Shown here: piece after piece, positions 1 through 8,561 of the stretch
How the letters are laid out: the number at the start of each line of letters is the position of its first letter
How positions within the stretch are numbered: the first letter of the stretch is position 1
The notes under the pieces: generated by a model
What the model was told of the DNA's origin: nothing
What the model saw: only the letters and a program-made list of their open reading frames with translations
Databases searched by the model: none
Position numbers and translations under genes: made by a program
Origin: an uncultured virus (IMG/VR IMGVR_UViG_2844359394_000002)
Taxonomy: Duplodnaviria; Heunggongvirae; Uroviricota; Caudoviricetes
Virus record (IMG/VR): IMGVR_UViG_2844359394_000002
Reading direction: 5' to 3' (one strand)
DNA length: 64,000 nucleotides

Positions 1-213
1 TTACACTTTAGTAATCTCCTCCACTACATATTGGTCTTTTACTTTCTTGCAGGTACATACGAAGAATTCCGGATGTTTCAGAGCTCCTTGTAAAGTATCA
101 GGAAGAATCATTTCTTTAGTACGACGGTCCATTGCAACCGTTGCATACAGGATACCTTCACTCTTGCATTTCTCTATTAATGCACTTTTTAGTTCTTCTA
201 CGCTATATTCCAT
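1..213 (-). CDS. Small hypothetical protein (MEYSVEELK...)
   Basis: ORF track 1..267; start moved to the ATG at 213 because a minus-strand -7 box TAACTTTG lies at 235-242. Confidence 0.65.
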   Translation of the reverse strand: MEYSVEELKSALIEKCKSEGILYATVAMDRRTKEMILPDTLQGALKHPEFFVCTCKKVKDQYVVEEITKV

Positions 214-443
214 TTGTGTGATCCTTTGTCGCTGCAAAGTTATGGAAAATATGTATATTTTGTGCAATAATATTCCTGTAATCTATGGAAAATAGTTCTT
301 TGATTTATTCTAATCCATGACAAAGTAAGTTAGATTCTTGGTATAAATTTAGAATACACATGTTATAGAATAAAAAAAGTCCTTTAACTTGTTAATAACG
401 AAACTATTTAGTACGTTTGAAAAATAAATCAAATTTTAATGCT

Positions 444-860
444 ATGAATAAAGAACAGGCGATGAGTTGTGCTGCAAAATGTATGTCTTCATTTAACAAG
501 TATGCTACAAAGTGGAATATTCCCTCACATTTAACAATTGAAATGTGGAATATTATAAAGGAAGTTTATGATAGAATGGATTCTCCAATTACAACATGTA
601 ATATTGATAGAAATGGAGGGGTTGAACTTGAATATCGAGAAGCTTTTTCTAATGTATTTTATAATGTTTATGTTTGTAGCTGTAAAAATGCAAGATATAA
701 TACATCTGCTTCTTTCTCAAAACATGTAAAGTTACAAAAAGATCAATGTATAAATATTAATTATGACCCAGATGTTCTTTCGATTTCTTATCGTATAAAT
801 GACATTGATATTATAGATATGGGAGAAACGTATGGTGAATTCTATAATAACCTAATTTAA
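444..860 (+). CDS. Hypothetical protein, AT-rich accessory gene
   Basis: ORF 417..860, first ATG at 444; no recognised family. Confidence 0.55.
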   Translation: MNKEQAMSCAAKCMSSFNKYATKWNIPSHLTIEMWNIIKEVYDRMDSPITTCNIDRNGGVELEYREAFSNVFYNVYVCSCKNARYNTSASFSKHVKLQKDQCININYDPDVLSISYRINDIDIIDMGETYGEFYNNLI

Positions 861-1501
861 AATTCAAGTAGTAAAATTAGCTGTTTAAATTTTAAGTTTT
901 TTGTAGTATTGTTTCATCTTCCGAATCCTTCTTTAGAAAGTCGTTTTTATTTGGTATGCAAACATTTTATTTTCATCAGAAGGTCTTAAAAGTGACTTGA
1001 TTCCAGTTTTATTCAAATGATGATCAAGCCACTTTTTTTCGTTTTCTTTTGATATAATATGACTGGTAATAAAATAAATAGATTAGCCATGTTTAAATTC
1101 TATTTAATTAGTATGTATTGCCGCAGTACGGTTGCGGCAATGTAAATAACGTCAAAAGTGACGTTTTAACTTTCAATGATAAATACTCATTAAGAAAGAA
1201 AGGGCTCGATTTGAATTTAATAGTTTGTTGTATATCAATTATAAAAATAGCTCCCTAGTTCGTCCGCTGACGAGGGAGCTATTAACACAAAAACTAAACT
1301 AGACACATTTTTGGAAATCTAGTTGTATATTCTGTATATCAATTATATAGTCCTGCTTTTTTTTATGGTTCGACTATAATTCGACCATTTGATGTTTTAT
1401 GTACTATCAAGATTGTAACCATACTATTTTCCGCCACGCCAATTTTATCGGCTGTCTTTCAGCCGATAAAATAAAAATGCCCGTAAGAAAATATTTTTGT
1501 T

Positions 1502-3307
1502 TTAACATTCCGGTTTATAGAAACATGGCAGAAGAGCCTTCTTGTCGCAGTCCTTACCATGAAGAATACATTCAAACAAGTGTTTCAGGTAATTCTGAGG
1601 GTCTATGCCGTTCAACTTACAGCTTTCTATCAGAGAGAAGGTGAATGCAGAGTTTTCTGCCGCATCCTCACTGCCAACGTTCATACAGTTCTTGAGCAGC
1701 AGCTTTACAGGTTTCATCCTTTGCTCACAGAGGTTGTTCGAGATTTCTGCTGAACCGTCCTTGAGGATATTTCTCAAGGATTTCCACTGGTTTATCGTAT
1801 AGTTCACGGCCTTTCTCATCAGTTCGTTAGCCATAATCTTCGCATCCTGCATCATAATGACCACCTTATGATGGATACGTTCAAGAATCGGTCCTGTTAG
1901 CTTAAGCCTTCTTTCCTTAATCTGCTCACCGCTGAGTTTCATCATACGGAACAGGTCTTCATTTCTGAACATCTCACCGATAGGATCTATTATGTCCATC
2001 GCTGTTCTGTCTGAAGGCAGGGCATCAACCCACAACCTTCTACAATGCGTCCAGCATCCTATATGAAGCACCTTTGAGTCGTCTCCGTCAAACATCCTGT
2101 AAACCGTATATCCGTCAGTGGATATGGTTCCCATAAAATATTCCAGGAATGATTTTGCCGCATCGGACGACCTGCTGCCGTTATTATAGTGATAATAGAC
2201 CATCTTAATATGCTTGGCAAAGAAAGCCCATAAGTACTTTCTCCTGTAAGCCTTACCTTCCTTTGTTTCCACTCCAACAAGCTCAGTAGTCTCATCAACC
2301 ATAAGGTAATTAGCTCTCTGTACAAACTCCTTGAAGACATCTTCCATGAACTCCCTTAGTTTGGCGATTCCGTTATGGATATAGCTGTTCAGCGTGGTAT
2401 TGCTTATGTGGATACCCTCTCTTGCAAGCAGTCTTATCTGTCTGTTCTCAGGCATGCTGAAGTCATATTTCAGACAAAGCAGACGGGCAAGCAGTTCAGG
2501 AGAGAAGATACCTCCAAGGTTTTTCAGCGGATGTTCCATGGTGCTTGTGAAAGTGCCGTCCGCAAGCTTTACCCTTGCCACCTTGTAAACATGCTCCACG
2601 TTATAAGCCCTTACATGTTCTATGACCCTGTATTCCCACACATCAGGCATACCGTTGCGGTTCATAAACCGTCCCCCTTCTGGAAGCGTGTAATACTCGT
2701 CCACTTCATGTACTACCACCTTGTCAACTTTCAATTTTGTTTTCCCGGCACGTGGTGCGGTTTCCTTTCTCCTTGAAGGTTTGCTGTTCTGGGCAGGTAT
2801 GTTGCCGGAAGAGGTATTGCTGCCGGTTTCGTTATCATCGGTCTTATTATTATCATCCTTCCTGTCAGAACCGTCATACTCGGATTGTTCCAGAGCGGAC
2901 TTGTCGAGATTACGGTTGTTCAACAGCCTTCTTTGCTCGGAAGTACGGCCGAAACGGTGTTTCCTGCTGTCCTCAAGCTGAAGTCTGAGATTGGAGATCT
3001 CGTTTGCCAGCATCCTGTTCACCTCATCCTTTGCTTCAAGCTGCTTTCTCATAAGTTCCATTTCTTTCCTGTAATGTTCAACCGTGGTTGACTGCTTTTC
3101 GATGGTATCTTTGAGATCATTGATGGTATCTATCAGATTTTTAGAGTTCTCCCTGTTGGATTCTTCAATAGACTCAAGCCTCGCAATCAATTCTTTATTC
3201 TGTTTGCGAAGACCTGCCTTTTCCTCATTCGCCAGACCCAGCTGGCAGCAAAGTAACTCGTATGCTCTTTCATCAATCATGATATAAAGGTACGAAAAAT
3301 CAGGCAC
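1502..3307 (-). CDS. tnpC: IS66 transposase TnpC (DDE)
   Basis: N-terminal coiled coil, RFGRTSEQ, VDETT, TDGY, CWTHCRR, ISNNLCEQ, SLIESCKLNGIDP motifs. Confidence 0.93.
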   Translation of the reverse strand: MPDFSYLYIMIDERAYELLCCQLGLANEEKAGLRKQNKELIARLESIEESNRENSKNLIDTINDLKDTIEKQSTTVEHYRKEMELMRKQLEAKDEVNRMLANEISNLRLQLEDSRKHRFGRTSEQRRLLNNRNLDKSALEQSEYDGSDRKDDNNKTDDNETGSNTSSGNIPAQNSKPSRRKETAPRAGKTKLKVDKVVVHEVDEYYTLPEGGRFMNRNGMPDVWEYRVIEHVRAYNVEHVYKVARVKLADGTFTSTMEHPLKNLGGIFSPELLARLLCLKYDFSMPENRQIRLLAREGIHISNTTLNSYIHNGIAKLREFMEDVFKEFVQRANYLMVDETTELVGVETKEGKAYRRKYLWAFFAKHIKMVYYHYNNGSRSSDAAKSFLEYFMGTISTDGYTVYRMFDGDDSKVLHIGCWTHCRRLWVDALPSDRTAMDIIDPIGEMFRNEDLFRMMKLSGEQIKERRLKLTGPILERIHHKVVIMMQDAKIMANELMRKAVNYTINQWKSLRNILKDGSAEISNNLCEQRMKPVKLLLKNCMNVGSEDAAENSAFTFSLIESCKLNGIDPQNYLKHLFECILHGKDCDKKALLPCFYKPEC

Positions 3308-3368
3308 TTACGCAAACTTTTTACCGTTTATTTTTTATACTATCCTGTTGATAATCAGTATGTTAATA

Positions 3369-3713
3369 TTAGCCTTTCGGACTAACGTACATCTTGTCAA
3401 CTACAATGCTTTCCGTAAGATAAGCCATGTCCGACCACTGTATCCGGTAGCACCTGGAGACTTCATCAAATACAGGTTTCTTGAATTTGCCCATAACAGG
3501 ACGTTTTTCGTAAAGCACATAAAAACCGCGTTCGTAATGAAGTATCTTCACAACCTTTCGGTTCCGGGACATGAACATATATACATTGGACGCATCGCTC
3601 GGGTCAAGGGACATTTCTTCCCTTATACTCTCACACAGACGGAAAATGCCTTTCCGCAAATCAACATTACCGTTAAACAGGTAATAGTTAAGGTTAGCAC
3701 TCAGTCCAAGCAT
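3369..3713 (-). CDS. tnpB: IS66 accessory protein TnpB
   Basis: VDLRKGIFRL...FMSRNRKVVKILHY...GFYVLYEKR, typical of IS66 Orf2. Confidence 0.9.
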   Translation of the reverse strand: MLGLSANLNYYLFNGNVDLRKGIFRLCESIREEMSLDPSDASNVYMFMSRNRKVVKILHYERGFYVLYEKRPVMGKFKKPVFDEVSRCYRIQWSDMAYLTESIVVDKMYVSPKG

Positions 3714-3714
3714 A

Positions 3715-4089
3715 TCATCCTATCATTTTATTAAGCAACAGGCTCAAATCAAGAACGGTGGTGTTTCTCAGGAACAGTGTTGCGCCAGACGCCAGCTGTA
3801 ACTTGATCCATTTTATTGGTGGTTCACCTTCAGGATGTTTCACGTCCAACTTCACAGTTGGACTATTGCATGGTTTCCCGGTTATCTGGACTTTGGCAAC
3901 CTTGGGCTGCTCAACCTGGACTGTCTTGCCTAACTTCTCACTCCACAACTGGTGACGCTGCCAGTTCATGAACTTGTCGTAATTTACACCATAATCAGCA
4001 CAGAACTCTCGAAGATCTTTGGTCTCGCTGCATAACTGGTAGAGGTCATATACCTCCTGATAGTTTACTTTTTCTTTTGCCATAATCAT
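3715..4089 (-). CDS. tnpA: IS66 accessory protein TnpA (HTH)
   Basis: First ORF of the IS; LREFCADYGVNYDKFMNW HTH-like segment. Confidence 0.75.
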   Translation of the reverse strand: MIMAKEKVNYQEVYDLYQLCSETKDLREFCADYGVNYDKFMNWQRHQLWSEKLGKTVQVEQPKVAKVQITGKPCNSPTVKLDVKHPEGEPPIKWIKLQLASGATLFLRNTTVLDLSLLLNKMIG

Positions 4090-4239
4090 TCTTGTTAAAG
4101 GTTACGGCGCAAAGATATGGCGGCTAACAACTTATGTCAAGGCGGAAAATAGAATGGTTACATCAAGATTTCTATATTTCATATTTTATATTACTTTAAA
4201 TATTATATTTGCGCATTGTCAAACTAAAATAGTGCGTTT

Positions 4240-4578
4240 ATGAAATCGTTATTAAAAAATGTCCTAAGAAGGATAAGTAAAAAACAATCTTCTAAAGAAG
4301 ATAATGCAACAGCCTTTTATCCCCAGTGTTGTGCAAAAGTGGATGATTCCGCTCGTATGCGTATAAAAATGTCTTATGACCAAAATGTAAAAGAAACTAT
4401 ATCAAGCTTGAAAACACTTGCTAATGATATGTCTAGTGGCTTTGTTACTTTTAAAAAGTTTCAGACTAGGCGTTATCAATACAACCCGGATGCAGATGCA
4501 ACTCTATATGCTTCAAGACTGCTTCGTGCAGCTTCTATATTGGAGTTCCTATTAACTGATCCTGATAATAAATCTTAG
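4240..4578 (+). CDS. Hypothetical protein
   Basis: 112-aa ORF preceded by a TATATTTG -7 box at ~4204-4211. Confidence 0.6.
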   Translation: MKSLLKNVLRRISKKQSSKEDNATAFYPQCCAKVDDSARMRIKMSYDQNVKETISSLKTLANDMSSGFVTFKKFQTRRYQYNPDADATLYASRLLRAASILEFLLTDPDNKS

Positions 4579-5042
4579 AGATTCATTTTTTCAGCTAGAG
4601 CAGAGAGCCCTATCAGTAGTTCAGTTATATTTTTGGCTTTTCCGACAACATCATCAACTTTTGCTGCTGTATCAGGGCTTAACTCCTTTTCTAATCGTTC
4701 TAGCTGCATTTGAAATGTATCAAAACTTAATATATATAAGTCTCTTTCAACAGTGAATCCCCCTTTTTCTGCAAAATTGAATATTTCAAAATTCAACGTA
4801 AGATATTCAATACCATATCCTTTATAGTCAATAAATCTCCTATTTTTGAACTCCTCTAAAACTATTTCATATTGTTCTTTACTGATCCTAAGGTCTGGTA
4901 TATCTTTATAATTTAGTTTAGCTGTTCTTTTCCCGTTTGCTACAACCAAAATATAATTTAATACTTTATCCTTTTCTTCAGCCGTTATAACTAAAGGATA
5001 TTCTCTTTCATCTTTGGGTGGTGCAGTTCTAATTTGGCACAT
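4575..5042 (-). CDS. Hypothetical protein in the repressor operon
   Basis: 155-aa ORF tightly packed downstream of the repressor and the secreted protein. Confidence 0.7.
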   Translation of the reverse strand: MCQIRTAPPKDEREYPLVITAEEKDKVLNYILVVANGKRTAKLNYKDIPDLRISKEQYEIVLEEFKNRRFIDYKGYGIEYLTLNFEIFNFAEKGGFTVERDLYILSFDTFQMQLERLEKELSPDTAAKVDDVVGKAKNITELLIGLSALAEKMNL

Positions 5043-5049
5043 ATAATAA

Positions 5050-5628
5050 TTAAATTATTTTTCTCAATACCTCTTTTTGTGAATCGATGTTGAATTTTGT
5101 ATCATTTACTTTGGCAGCCTCTTCTTCAGATATATTCATGTATTTTATAGCTTCATTTAGTTTACCGGAACTTATTGCCCAATATGCAAGATTTCTATAT
5201 ACATATTGTTTTTTAGTGTAAAATTTGCCGGAATCTACATCTTGTTTAGATATCTTGTATTCTTTATTCGGGTCTGTTGCTTCCCTGAACATTTCAACAC
5301 ACCAAAGGCTATTTTCCTTATTCAAATACATTACTACTATCATCTTTTTGTCAATATATTGTCCTGCTTTGTTTTTTATTTTACAGTTAATTATTGCTTT
5401 ATATCCTTTAATATTTAATGTATCTGTATCAAATAATATACCTGTTGGCTCTTCATAATTTAGTAAATCATACATATTTCCTAGATTAAAAGAATATTTA
5501 GAAATAATTTCTTTAGATTCTTCAAATTCAAAAGTCTTACATGCATCTAAGAATTTAATCAAATCACTTTTTTGTCCCCATGTTATAATAGGAGTAAAAA
5601 GCATTAGTATTAACAGTATCTTTTTCAT
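5050..5628 (-). CDS. Exported protein with signal peptide, lysogeny-expressed candidate
   Basis: MKKILLILMLFTPIITWGQ signal peptide; directly downstream of the repressor. Confidence 0.7.
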   Translation of the reverse strand: MKKILLILMLFTPIITWGQKSDLIKFLDACKTFEFEESKEIISKYSFNLGNMYDLLNYEEPTGILFDTDTLNIKGYKAIINCKIKNKAGQYIDKKMIVVMYLNKENSLWCVEMFREATDPNKEYKISKQDVDSGKFYTKKQYVYRNLAYWAISSGKLNEAIKYMNISEEEAAKVNDTKFNIDSQKEVLRKII

Positions 5629-5644
5629 TCGTTAATGTGTTTAT

Positions 5645-6040
5645 TTATCCTATATTACGTTCATTCTTCAACATAGCTAATTCGCCTTTCAGTTTTTGGT
5701 TCTCTTCAGTGAATAGTTGAATTGTTTTCATCTGCTCATTTATAGTCCCCTGAAGGGTTGCTATTGTATCAACTAAACGTTCCATGCGTTCAATATTTGG
5801 ATCAGGTTTGATATCTGAAATCAGCATTGGACCTTTATTGCGTAGTAACCAATCTGCTGAAATATCCGTAAATGCGTTTAATGTGAGCCTAATTACTTTA
5901 GAGGAAGGTTCTGTGTTTTTTTGAAACATAGAACCAATCACCGATTGGGTTACCCCAATTTTAATGGAAAACTGCCTGTCTGACAGCTTATAATAAGAGA
6001 TAATCTCTCTAATTTTTTCGTTTACGCTTGTTTCAGCCAT
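5645..6040 (-). CDS. Phage CI-like repressor (XRE HTH) with C-terminal coiled coil
   Basis: LSDRQFSIKIGVTQSVIG...ISADWLL HTH; divergent from the early right operon. Confidence 0.85.
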   Translation of the reverse strand: MAETSVNEKIREIISYYKLSDRQFSIKIGVTQSVIGSMFQKNTEPSSKVIRLTLNAFTDISADWLLRNKGPMLISDIKPDPNIERMERLVDTIATLQGTINEQMKTIQLFTEENQKLKGELAMLKNERNIG

Positions 6041-6060
6041 ATCTATATTAATAGTTAATT

Positions 6061-6124
6061 AACGTAAATGCGATTATTTATCAAGTTTTATGTTTTGTAA
6101 TTAACGTAAATACGTTTATATTTG
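6061..6124 (+). promoter_or_regulatory. Lysis-lysogeny switch: rightward promoter with two operators
   Basis: -33 TTTG 6094-6097, 19-bp spacer, -7 TATATTTG 6117-6124; operator AACGTA-AA-TACGTT 6103-6116 lies in the spacer; second copy AACGTA-AA-TGCGAT 6061-6074. Confidence 0.8.
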
Positions 6125-6193
6125 CATCATAAATCAATCAATCATACAAACATACAAAAAATGATTGATAAAACCAATTAAAAAATAACGATT

Positions 6194-6487
6194 ATGAGCT
6201 ACAATTTATCACAAATAATGAAGTCTGCACACCGCAATTACAAGAAGGGTGGAAAAACATTTTCAGAGTGTTTAAAATCTGCATGGAGCTTTGCAAAACT
6301 CCAAGAAAGTTTCTCACCGGAAGCAGTGAAATCAAGAACTGATAAATTTTTAGCTGAAAGACATGAAGCTATGAGCAAGACTGCCAAAGCTACACCTAGC
6401 AAGGAATATAATAACCTTAATATTCCCGCTTCCGCTTACTACAACCCAAATAGTACTCATTACGGTGCACATTACGTCGGAGATTAA
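6194..6487 (+). CDS. Early phage hypothetical protein
   Basis: YNLSQIMKSAH...FSECLKSAW motif common in small phage early proteins. Confidence 0.75.
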   Translation: MSYNLSQIMKSAHRNYKKGGKTFSECLKSAWSFAKLQESFSPEAVKSRTDKFLAERHEAMSKTAKATPSKEYNNLNIPASAYYNPNSTHYGAHYVGD

Positions 6488-6502
6488 TCAAATTATACAA
6501 CA

Positions 6503-6739
6503 ATGGATAAAAGAACCGAACTAGAAATACAGCGAGACAAATATGAAGCTGTGATTGAAGAACGAGACGCGTTGATCAGCTCTTTGAGAGGTGAAAATGA
6601 AAAACTCAAACGAGATTTAGAATCAGAACGTGGATTTTATAGAGAGAAAGTTTCCCAATGTGATGATTTGAAGAAATTTATTGAATCGCAACGAAACTTA
6701 ATGGACATAGTTTTGAAGAACAACCAAAGTATTCTCTAA
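6503..6739 (+). CDS. Coiled-coil hypothetical protein
   Basis: 78-aa ORF with heptad character. Confidence 0.65.
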   Translation: MDKRTELEIQRDKYEAVIEERDALISSLRGENEKLKRDLESERGFYREKVSQCDDLKKFIESQRNLMDIVLKNNQSIL

Positions 6740-6833
6740 CCCTCACTAAAGTCAAACCAAACCGCCGGTTATCCGGTACCCAGTCCGGTCTTTGAGCCTG
6801 CCCTTGAAGGGAGACTGGGAACAACAGAGAAGA

Positions 6834-6849
6834 GTTCTTTGACATATTG
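6834..6849 (+). promoter_or_regulatory. boxA-like antitermination site
   Basis: GTTCTTTGACATATTG resembles rrn/nut boxA; preceded by a CCCAGTC...GACTGGG stem (6779-6819). Confidence 0.55.
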
Positions 6850-7013
6850 GTAAAATGGTGTTTTGGAAGCCGACACGTGCTGAAAGGGATTACTGACGTA
6901 GGCGGGCTTCTCAACGATATAATGCTGTGGTTAATGGTCAAGCCGTATCGTTGTAAAACTAAATCAGTTAGACGTTTGTCGGCAAATCGAGGTATTTGCT
7001 TTATGTATATAAA

Positions 7014-7147
7014 GGTGATGTAGCTCAGGCAGGTTAGAGCGCTGTGTGTGGTGGATGGTTGAGAGTTCGAGTCTCTCAAGAAATACTCTTAGCTTAACGG
7101 AAGAGCACCACAAGTAGAGGTCGGCGGTTCGAATCCGCTCATCGCTT
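7014..7147 (+). ncRNA. tRNA-like element 1: double-elbow RNA, no anticodon
   Basis: Acceptor GGTGATG/CATCGCT; two D arms (7023-7040, 7092-7106); two TTCGA T arms (7061-7077, 7123-7139); central helix 7042-7051/7108-7117. Confidence 0.75.
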
Positions 7148-7173
7148 CAATGTTTAATTTAAAATTAGATTGT

Positions 7174-7380
7174 ATGGAAAAGGATATTCAGAGACGTAAC
7201 GTAATTGATGTATTACGGAGTATGGATGTTGGTGCAATAGAAGTATTTCCTATCGTTCAGAAACCGTCTGTAACTAATACATTGAATGCTCGGCTTTATA
7301 AAGAAAAAGCTGAAGGAATGGCTTGGAAAACAAAGTCAGATGTAAAAAATATGCAGTTTATAGTAACCAGAATTGCATAA
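7174..7380 (+). CDS. Small phage protein, probable DNA-binding regulator
   Basis: 68-aa ORF in the early operon. Confidence 0.65.
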   Translation: MEKDIQRRNVIDVLRSMDVGAIEVFPIVQKPSVTNTLNARLYKEKAEGMAWKTKSDVKNMQFIVTRIA

Positions 7381-7397
7381 CTACCTTGCTTGTTGAG

Positions 7398-7655
7398 ATG
7401 ATCAGAGGTGAAATGGCTGAAATATTGCTAGATAATATTCTCCGTCTGTTTTCTACAGAAACGTTTGGAAAAGATAAGTCTGCGTATTATGTGGGTGGGG
7501 AAAAGAAATTGATGAATCTTATAGAAGCGGGTAAGATTGAAAGTGATAAGCCCACTAATGTCCAAAACGGCAAGTGGCATTGTAATGCTGCTCAAGTATT
7601 ACTTCATTGCCGATGTGCGGGAAGGAAAGTTAAATCTAAAAAACGGAAGAAATGA
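7398..7655 (+). CDS. Small winged-helix/excisionase-like protein
   Basis: SAYYVGGEKKLMNLIEAGKI...NGKWHC pattern resembles Xis/MerR-type wHTH. Confidence 0.55.
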   Translation: MIRGEMAEILLDNILRLFSTETFGKDKSAYYVGGEKKLMNLIEAGKIESDKPTNVQNGKWHCNAAQVLLHCRCAGRKVKSKKRKK

Positions 7656-7843
7656 AAAAGATTAAAGTGATACAGTATGCCATGATGTTCATTGCCTTAT
7701 GGACAACACTGTATCTTATAGATAGCATTGAAGTTAGCAAGAAAGAATTTATTGCTGCTTTTGTATTGGTGACTGTCGTATCAGTGAATTATATCTGTTT
7801 TCGATACTACGAAGATAGGAAACAAAATAAGGATAGCCTGTGA
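7652..7843 (+). CDS. Small two-TM membrane protein
   Basis: Two hydrophobic segments in 63 aa; overlaps the upstream stop. Confidence 0.65.
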   Translation: MKKIKVIQYAMMFIALWTTLYLIDSIEVSKKEFIAAFVLVTVVSVNYICFRYYEDRKQNKDSL

Positions 7844-7905
7844 AGGTCTGCATTGCTTAATTTTAGTATTTGTCATGTTTATTTAGCCCGGTTCGCCGGG
7901 CATCT

Positions 7906-7976
7906 GCCGGGATAGCCCAGTTGGTTAGAGCGCATGTTTCTACATGAGGTCAGCGGTTCGAATCCGTTTCCCGGCT
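7906..7976 (+). ncRNA. tRNA-like element 2 (4-nt loop in place of the anticodon loop)
   Basis: GCCGGGA/TCCCGGC acceptor; D arm; CATGT-TTCT-ACATG; AGGTC variable loop; AGCGG-TTCGAAT-CCGTT. Confidence 0.8.
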
Positions 7977-8068
7977 CAACTCAATCAGAGTTAAGTAACC
8001 CGTGAGGGTGAAAATATATTTGCATTATATATACAATCAATGTAGCCGGAAGCGTCTGGCTACGACCT

Positions 8069-8166
8069 GAAGGAATGGCGGAATTGGTAAACGCAAGTAT
8101 GCAGATAGATTGAAGAAAGTCATACATAGGTAATCTATCATCCCGGTTCGAGTCCGGGTTCCTTCA
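8069..8166 (+). ncRNA. tRNA-like element 3 (Leu-type D arm; anticodon and variable region replaced)
   Basis: GAAGGAA/TTCCTTC acceptor; GGCGGAATTGGTAAACGC; CCCGG-TTCGAGT-CCGGG; crossed stems inside. Confidence 0.75.
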
Positions 8167-8393
8167 CAGAGAATTTTTCTTTTTATGTTTAACTAATGTT
8201 GCCAGCGAAAAGGACGCTGTAGGGTTAAAGCCCCTGTTATTTGAGTTTTAATTGTTCTATACTATTCCGGTGTGCTTTGAACGGCTATCCGGAAGCAAGA
8301 AGCTCGTGAGAGTGCTATTTAATAGTTAATGTCGTGTTTTATTTTGTGTTTGTGTTCTAGGTGAATGGTTCGTGAGAATAGTTCACTTAAAAC

Positions 8394-8460
8394 GGATGGC
8401 TGGTGTAATTGGCAGCATACGCAGATATGCGTGATGTGGGTTCGATCCCCACGCCATTCA
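8394..8460 (+). ncRNA. tRNA-like element 4 (4-nt loop in place of the anticodon loop)
   Basis: GGATGGC/GCCATTC acceptor; ACGCA-GATA-TGCGT; GTGGG-TTCGATC-CCCAC. Confidence 0.75.
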
Positions 8461-8561
8461 CCCTTCTGATCCTAATTAAATTATAGTAGTTCATGAGTTT
8501 TGTTTTGTGTTTGTGATTGGGGTGTATGGTCTGTGAAGATAGTGCACCTTTTTAATTAATC

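Larger units (their letters stand above)
1415..4161 (-). mobile_element. IS66-family insertion sequence, 2747 bp, complete
   Basis: Terminal IRs GTAACCATACTATTTTCCGCC (1415-1435) and the reverse complement of 4141-4161 match 20/21; direct repeat ATCAAGATT at 1406-1414 and 4162-4170; tnpA-tnpB-tnpC order. Confidence 0.95.

Noticed and set aside
1247..1283. Hammerhead ribozyme suggested by CTGACGAG within a hairpin
   Set aside because: No correctly placed stem II and GAAA; it is a simple AATAGCTCCCT/AGGGAGCTATT stem-loop
1399..3955. Plus-strand ORFs within IS66, and the many short antisense ORFs inside long phage genes
   Set aside because: Shadow frames of well-supported genes with no recognisable motifs
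6678..7079. 133-aa minus-strand ORF
   Set aside because: Non-ATG start, atypical composition, and overlap with structured RNA elements on the plus strand
7906..8460. Calling the elements ordinary tRNA genes, such as a CTA suppressor at 7906 or tRNA-Ile(GAT) at 8394
   Set aside because: The stems enclose only 4-nt loops, so no canonical 7-nt anticodon loop with U33 can be drawn
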